Source: an uncultured Gemmatimonadales bacterium
GTDB lineage: Bacteria > Gemmatimonadota > Gemmatimonadetes > Longimicrobiales > Gaopeijiaceae
Assembly: GCA_963823035.1 (NCBI GenBank)
Contig: CAWGKG010000004.1
Span: forward strand, 384,001-448,000
Length of the DNA stretch: 64,000 nucleotides
Direction of reading: 5' to 3'
The notes beneath the pieces were generated by a model, which ran no database searches, was not told the DNA's origin, and saw only the letters and a list, made by a program, of their open reading frames with translations. Each line of letters begins with the position of its first letter. Within the stretch, counting starts at the first letter, position 1. Positions 58,894-64,000 of this stretch are shown here, one piece after another. A program made the position numbers and the translations under genes.

Positions 58894-59445
58894 ATGGACG
58901 AAGAGACCCTTCGGGACGAGGTGTCCCCAGCGCTCGAAGAGCACGTGCGCCGCTTCGCGGATCTGCTCCGCTACGCGCGCCGGCGCCACGGGCTCGATCC
59001 CCACGATCTCGACGAGCTCGTGCAGGAGGTGCGTCTCCGTCTCTGGCGTGCCCAGGGGACGGGTGAGAAGATCGCGGCCGTTTCGTCGTCCTACGTATAC
59101 CGGACCGCGATGTCCGCGGCGGTGGACCTGATCCGAAGACGGCGGCATCGAAGCCACGAGGTGGCGCCGCTCGACGGAGAGGGCGGCGCGGCCTACGCGG
59201 ATCCGTCTGCGGGGCGGATCGTCGCCTCCGGAGAGGTGCGTGACGCGATGCAGCGTGCGCTGAGCACGATCGCCAGGCCACGCGCGGTCGCGGTGCGGAT
59301 GTACCTGGCGGGCTACCCGCGGGAGGAGATCGCCGACCTCCTCGGGTGGAGCGAGGCGAAGACCCGGAACCTGGTCTACCGGGGTCTCGCGGATCTCAGG
59401 GCGAGGCTCACGGAGCTGGGTGTCGGACCGGAGGGGAGGGCGTGA
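58894..59445 (+). CDS. ECF RNA polymerase sigma factor
   Basis: DELVQEVRLRLW, AVDLIRRR, GYPREEIADLLGWSE..RNLVYRG. Confidence 0.9.
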   Translation: MDEETLRDEVSPALEEHVRRFADLLRYARRRHGLDPHDLDELVQEVRLRLWRAQGTGEKIAAVSSSYVYRTAMSAAVDLIRRRRHRSHEVAPLDGEGGAAYADPSAGRIVASGEVRDAMQRALSTIARPRAVAVRMYLAGYPREEIADLLGWSEAKTRNLVYRGLADLRARLTELGVGPEGRA

Positions 59446-60062
59446 TGAACGACGACGCGCTGGGGAAGCTCTATCGACGTGCGATGGTCCAGCCGCGCGC
59501 GGGCGACGGCGAGGCATGCCCCTCTCCGGAGGCGCTGCGGGCGGTGGCGGAGCGCACGGCGGGCGAGAGGGGAGCGCCTCACCCTCATGGAGCACGTGGC
59601 GGGCTGCGCGGATTGCCAACGGAGCTGGCGCTCCTCGGCCAGGTGGTGGCGACGCGGCCGGCGGCCCGGCGCTCCCTCGTCCCCGCGCGGTGGTTGGCCG
59701 CGGCGGCCGTCGTGGCGCTGGCCGTCCTGGGTGGACGGCCCTCGCGACGCGTGGGCGCGTCGCGCCCGTCATGCGCGGCGACGAGCCCGCGGTGACGCTC
59801 GTGGCGCCCTCGGGCACGCGTCCAGGCCGCGCCGGCTCCCCTCTTCGTGTGGCGCCCGGTGGAGCGCGCCACCCGCTACGAGGTGGAGGTGCTGGAGCCG
59901 GACGCCCGGCCCGTGGGGGCCGCGGCCGTCCGGGACACCGTCATGGTCTCGCCGGACGGCCTCGCCGTGGGGGTTCGATACCGGTGGCGGGTGACGGCGC
60001 TACGCGCCGACGGCACGCGCATCGAGAGCAGGCTGGTCGGGTTCGATCTCGTCCACGAGTGA
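59445..60062 (+). CDS. Zinc-finger (HxxxCxxC) membrane anti-sigma factor (frameshifted)
   Basis: CPSPEAL, EHVAGCADC, TM WLAAAAVVALAVL, C-terminal beta domain; TGATG coupling to the sigma gene. Confidence 0.8.
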
Positions 60063-60088
60063 TGTCGACCGTGCGGTTTGGCAGCCGC

Positions 60089-62968
60089 TCACCCGCCGCG
60101 CGCCCCTGACCGGCGCCGGAACGCCGCCACCACGACAGCAGGACCGCCGCACCGCCGAGGATGGGCAGGGCGCGCCTCCACGGGTGCGTGGCGCGCAGCG
60201 GAACCACCAGCCGTTCGTCGCCCACCACGGTGAGCGTCGCCCAGACGTGGCCGGGGCGCCACGCGCGCGCGCCTCGCGCTTCGCCGCGCGTACGGCCTCC
60301 GTGACGGGAAGGCCCTCCGACAGCGCGGCGTAGACGGCATCCACCAGGCGCTCGGCGGCTCGGTCCTCGAGCGCCCAGCGCGTCAGGATCACGGTGCGGA
60401 CGCCGGCGACGCGGAACGCCGATGCGAGCCCCACCACGCCCTCGCCGCGCACGACGGTGCCGGAGGCCGTCGAGCAGCCCGAGAGGAAGGCGAGGCCGGC
60501 ATCCAGCCGCATGCGCGCCACCTCCGCCGCGCGCACCACGCCGTCCTCTCCGTCGCCTGGCGCCAGGAGGAGGGCCGCGCCGGACAGGCTGGCCTCGTCG
60601 AGTCGGGCGTGCGTGGCGAAGTGGAGCACGCCGAACCGTCCGGGGGAGACCTGCCCGAGTCGCGCCTCGGACGCGTCCGCGCCCAGGAGCACGACGCTTT
60701 CCGGCCCCCCGTGGCGGGCCGCCTCCCGCGCCTCCCGCGCGGCGTTGGGCAGCGGGCGGAGTGCCTCCTCCGTCCCGGCGGGCGCGCGGGGATCCCCGAG
60801 CGCGAGGACCGCGGCGGGCAGCTCGACGGGGGGCGATCGCCACTGCCGGAGGGCGAGCGAGGCCGAAGGCTGGAGGCTGAAGGCGAAGCGCTCGACGAGG
60901 GGCGTTCCGTCCTCGTCGGTCAGCGCGTCGAAAGGCACGAGGTGCAGGGACCCGTCCGGCACGAGGACCACCTTCTGCACCGAGGGCGGCAGCAGCGACG
61001 GCACATCCCCGAGGACCGCGGCCGCCACGGATCGGGCAAGCGGCGCGGGGTCTTCCCCCGATCGGATCATCGCGTCGAGTCGGCGCACGTCGGGCTCCAC
61101 GGAGTCGACCGGCGGTAGGACGCGGGCGTACGCGCCGAAGCGGCCGAGCGCGAAGAGCGTGGTGGGCTCGCCGCCGCGCCCGGTCACCCAGATGAGCAAG
61201 GCGGTCCGCTCGTCGGGCGCGGCCGCCTCCACCTCGGCGACGGTCGCCGCGGGCGGTGCCCCCTCCGACCGCGTGGAGTCGGTGCCCGGGAGCGTATCGC
61301 CGGGCGCCTCGATGCGGGCGAGCTGGTCCCGCAGGCTCCGTGCGCGCATGCGGTCGGCGAGCGCGAAAGCCGCCTCGACCCTCCCGCCGGCGGCGAGCGC
61401 GGCGACGATCGTCGCGAAGCCCAGGTCCGGATCCGAGCGGTCCTCCGCGACCTGGAAGGCGAGGAGGCGAAGCTCGGGGAAGGAGAGGGTGGCCCGCCAC
61501 GCCTCGATCCCGTCCATCGCATCCGACGCCATTCGCTCCGCGCCGTCGAGGTCGCCCCGACGCGCCCGGATCTCCGCCAGCCGCATGCGATAGTAGTACG
61601 CCCAGTCGGGCTGCCCACCCGCCGGGTCGCGCTTCCAGGCGGCCTCGACGCGGGCGAGCGCGCCGTCGAGCTGCGCCTCCGCGTCGTCCAGGCGTCCACG
61701 CTTCAAGTCCAGGACGGCCTGGTGGTAGACGAGTCCCTGAAGCCGCCCGATGCATGCCGGTGGCCTCGGCGTCCACGCGAGCCGAGTCGAGCTGCCGCTC
61801 GGCTTCGTCCCAGAGCGCCTCGGAGAGGGCCGCGTGCGCCAGACCGATACGGGCCGCCACCACGCCCGGGGCGAAGCCGAGGGGCTCCAGGACCTCGATC
61901 GAGCGCCGGTACGCCGTCGCGCGCGGCGGCGGGGTCGTTCGCCGCGAGCGCGAGGTCGCCGCGCGCCCCGTCGATGGCGCCTTCTCCGTAGCGGTCGCCT
62001 TGCGCCGCGAAGAGCCGGGCGGCGCTGTCCGCCGTGGCCGCCCCCGACCGGAGGTCCCCGACCGCAAGGTCGATGAAGGCGAGGTTGGCGTAGACCCACG
62101 CGCGCGGCGCGTCCGCTTGCGCCCGGGAGGACACGGCCAGCGCCTCCTCCAGCTCGCTCCGCGCCTCCTCGAGCCTTCCGATGGTGCGGAGCCAGTACCC
62201 CCGCCATTGCAGCGCCGAGGCCAGTCCGACCCCGTCTCCGAGCCGGCGGCGGATCTCCGCGGCCGTGCCCATGTCCACCAGAGCCCCGTCGACGTCCCCC
62301 GTACGGGCGCGATCGGAGGCGAGCGAGCCGAGGCACCAGCTGCGCAGGCGTTGGTCGTCGGTGCGCTCGGCGAGCCTCAGGCCGAGGGTGGCCTCCTCCG
62401 CCGCGGGGCGACTGCTCAGCACCGCCACCTCGGCGCGCCCACAGTGGAGCATCGTCCCGAGGAAGGGATCGTCCCCGACCCGTGGGGCGGCCTCGGCGAA
62501 GAGGGACTCGGCTTCCCGCGGACCTGCGGTGCGGGCGCGTGTCAGCGCCAGGAGGAGGAGTGCCTCGGTCTCCGCCTCGCCGTCGCGGATCTCCCGCGCC
62601 TCCTCGAGCGCGGTGGCGAGCGTCCGCTCGGCGAGCGGGAGGCCCCCCCGTGCCCGCGCACTCTGGGCGACCGCCATCCTGGCCCGCACCGAAACGGCGT
62701 CGGGCGGCGCACCGGGTGGGGGGAGGAGGGACGTCAGGAGGGTGTCGGCGCCGTCCAGGTCGTACGTGAGCTGGGCGAGGGTGGCCAGGCCGAGGCGGGC
62801 GAGGCGGTCGGAGCGCGGGGGCCGGGCCTCCGCCTCCCAGACCGCGCGGAGCGCGGCGACGCTGTCCCCCTGCACGGCCGCGGCCGCACGCCGGACGATC
62901 GCGCGGGGTCCGTCGGGCGCCTGGAGCTGGAGGCCGAGAAGAGCGGTCAGGAGGAGGGGAGCGAACAC
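60089..62968 (-). CDS. TPR-CHAT (caspase-like) protease (several frameshifts; ends approximate)
   Basis: TPR-like helices; LVPDGSLHLVPF, LPNAAREA, LHFATHA, LSGCST, GEGVVGL. Confidence 0.85.
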
Positions 62969-63114
62969 GCTCCGAAGTACCAGGCGCCGGCACCCCCGGC
63001 AAGTCGCGGCGCTTGACCGGCCCACGGTGGAATCCCCTTCCTGGGTCTCGCCCGGCCCCGGGCCGCACCGGGGACGGTCCGGTGAGCGACCCTCGAGGCG
63101 GACCGAAGGGGTGC

Positions 63115-64000
63115 TCACCTTCCGGGCCCTGTCTCTCCCGCGGGCACGGCCCGACCCGACGTCAGCGCTTCCGCCATCCGTCGAGCCTCGACGAGCCGGC
63201 CTGGAATCCCCGGCCGGGTCTTCCAGTTGGCGGCTACGTGCAGCCCGGCCGGCAGCGTCCAGCCGCGCAGCGCCCGCCATGACGCGTCCCAGGCGGGCAT
63301 CCACTCACGCGCCACGGCGAGCGGAGCGGCGTCGTAGCCGGTGCAGCGGCGGAACTCCTCGATGGCCAGGGCTGCCATGGCGTCGTCGCCGAGCTCCACG
63401 ACCTCCGGGCGGCGGGCGCCCCCCAGGTAGGCCGTGTAGACGTTGTGCCGGCCGAAGAGCGCGTCGTTGTAGGTGACGCCGCGTAGCGCGAGCATCTCCG
63501 TGAAGGCGACCTGGAAGCCGAGGCCCACCAGCGGCGTGTCGGCGTCCAGGTGGACGACGCCCAGGGGGTTGTAGTGGAGGCGGCGGAGCGCGGATGCGGC
63601 GTCCGGCGCGGGGCCTTCGAAGAGGTCGGCGGCCCCGGGAGCCGGAATCGTCAGCACCACGTGCTCGGCGTCGATCGCCTCGTCGTCCATCTGCACGCGC
63701 CAACCGGCGCCGTTCGCCTCGATCCGCCGCACCGGGGCGGACAGGCGCAGGGTGGGGCCCAGCGTGCGCGCCAACGCGTCGGGGAGCGTCTGCATCCCGT
63801 CGCGGAAGGAGAGGGGTGCCGGAGGGCGGATCGTGCCACCCCGTCGCAGCAGCGGCAGGAGGAGGCTCCGCCGCACGCCGAACTCGCGCAGGACGTGCCC
63901 AGGGAGAGCCCGACCACCATGTCGGCGGGATCGGAGGCGTACAGGCCCCCGTAGAGGGGGGCGATGAGCGTCTCGTAGATCTCTCGCCCGACCTTGCGCG
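63115..64000 (-). CDS. hemY: Protoporphyrinogen/coproporphyrinogen oxidase, 3' part (frameshift near 63890)
   Basis: LYGGLYASDP, SFRDGMQTLPDAL, GFQV, YLGG, GLHVAANW. Confidence 0.75.
   Translation of the reverse strand, partial: AQGRARDLRDAHRPPLRGPVRLRSRRHGGRALPGHVLREFGVRRSLLLPLLRRGGTIRPPAPLSFRDGMQTLPDALARTLGPTLRLSAPVRRIEANGAGWRVQMDDEAIDAEHVVLTIPAPGAADLFEGPAPDAASALRRLHYNPLGVVHLDADTPLVGLGFQVAFTEMLALRGVTYNDALFGRHNVYTAYLGGARRPEVVELGDDAMAALAIEEFRRCTGYDAAPLAVAREWMPAWDASWRALRGWTLPAGLHVAANWKTRPGIPGRLVEARRMAEALTSGRAVPAGETGPGR

Noticed and set aside
24380..64000. Programmed ribosomal frameshifting or mass pseudogenisation
   Set aside because: No consistent slippery sites seen; the breaks are scattered through conserved housekeeping genes.

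Overview
Very GC-rich, gene-dense bacterial window of about 54 genes. The gene families (PadR/duplicated-permease pairs, Vps10-type propellers, BTAD-propeller regulator, CHAT/ECF module) suggest a Gemmatimonadota/Acidobacteriota-like organism; this is inference. Contents: class II photolyase, several metallopeptidases (M20, M28, M1, M56), two paralogous esterase-like lipoproteins, a Kef-type antiporter, yajQ, a menF-menD-menB-menA-menE cluster, a radical SAM/SPASM protein, a membrane-anchored TIR protein, an ECF sigma/anti-sigma/CHAT protease trio and the 3' part of a protoporphyrinogen oxidase. I recognised no rRNA, tRNA, CRISPR array or transposase. From about 24.4 kb onward many genes carry apparent single-base frameshifts, probably consensus errors. 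Top finding: a small membrane protein (5043-5402) with an in-frame TGA followed by a hairpin closely resembling the bacterial SECIS, i.e. a candidate selenoprotein that the ORF track truncates. Family names come from motif recognition, not database searches.
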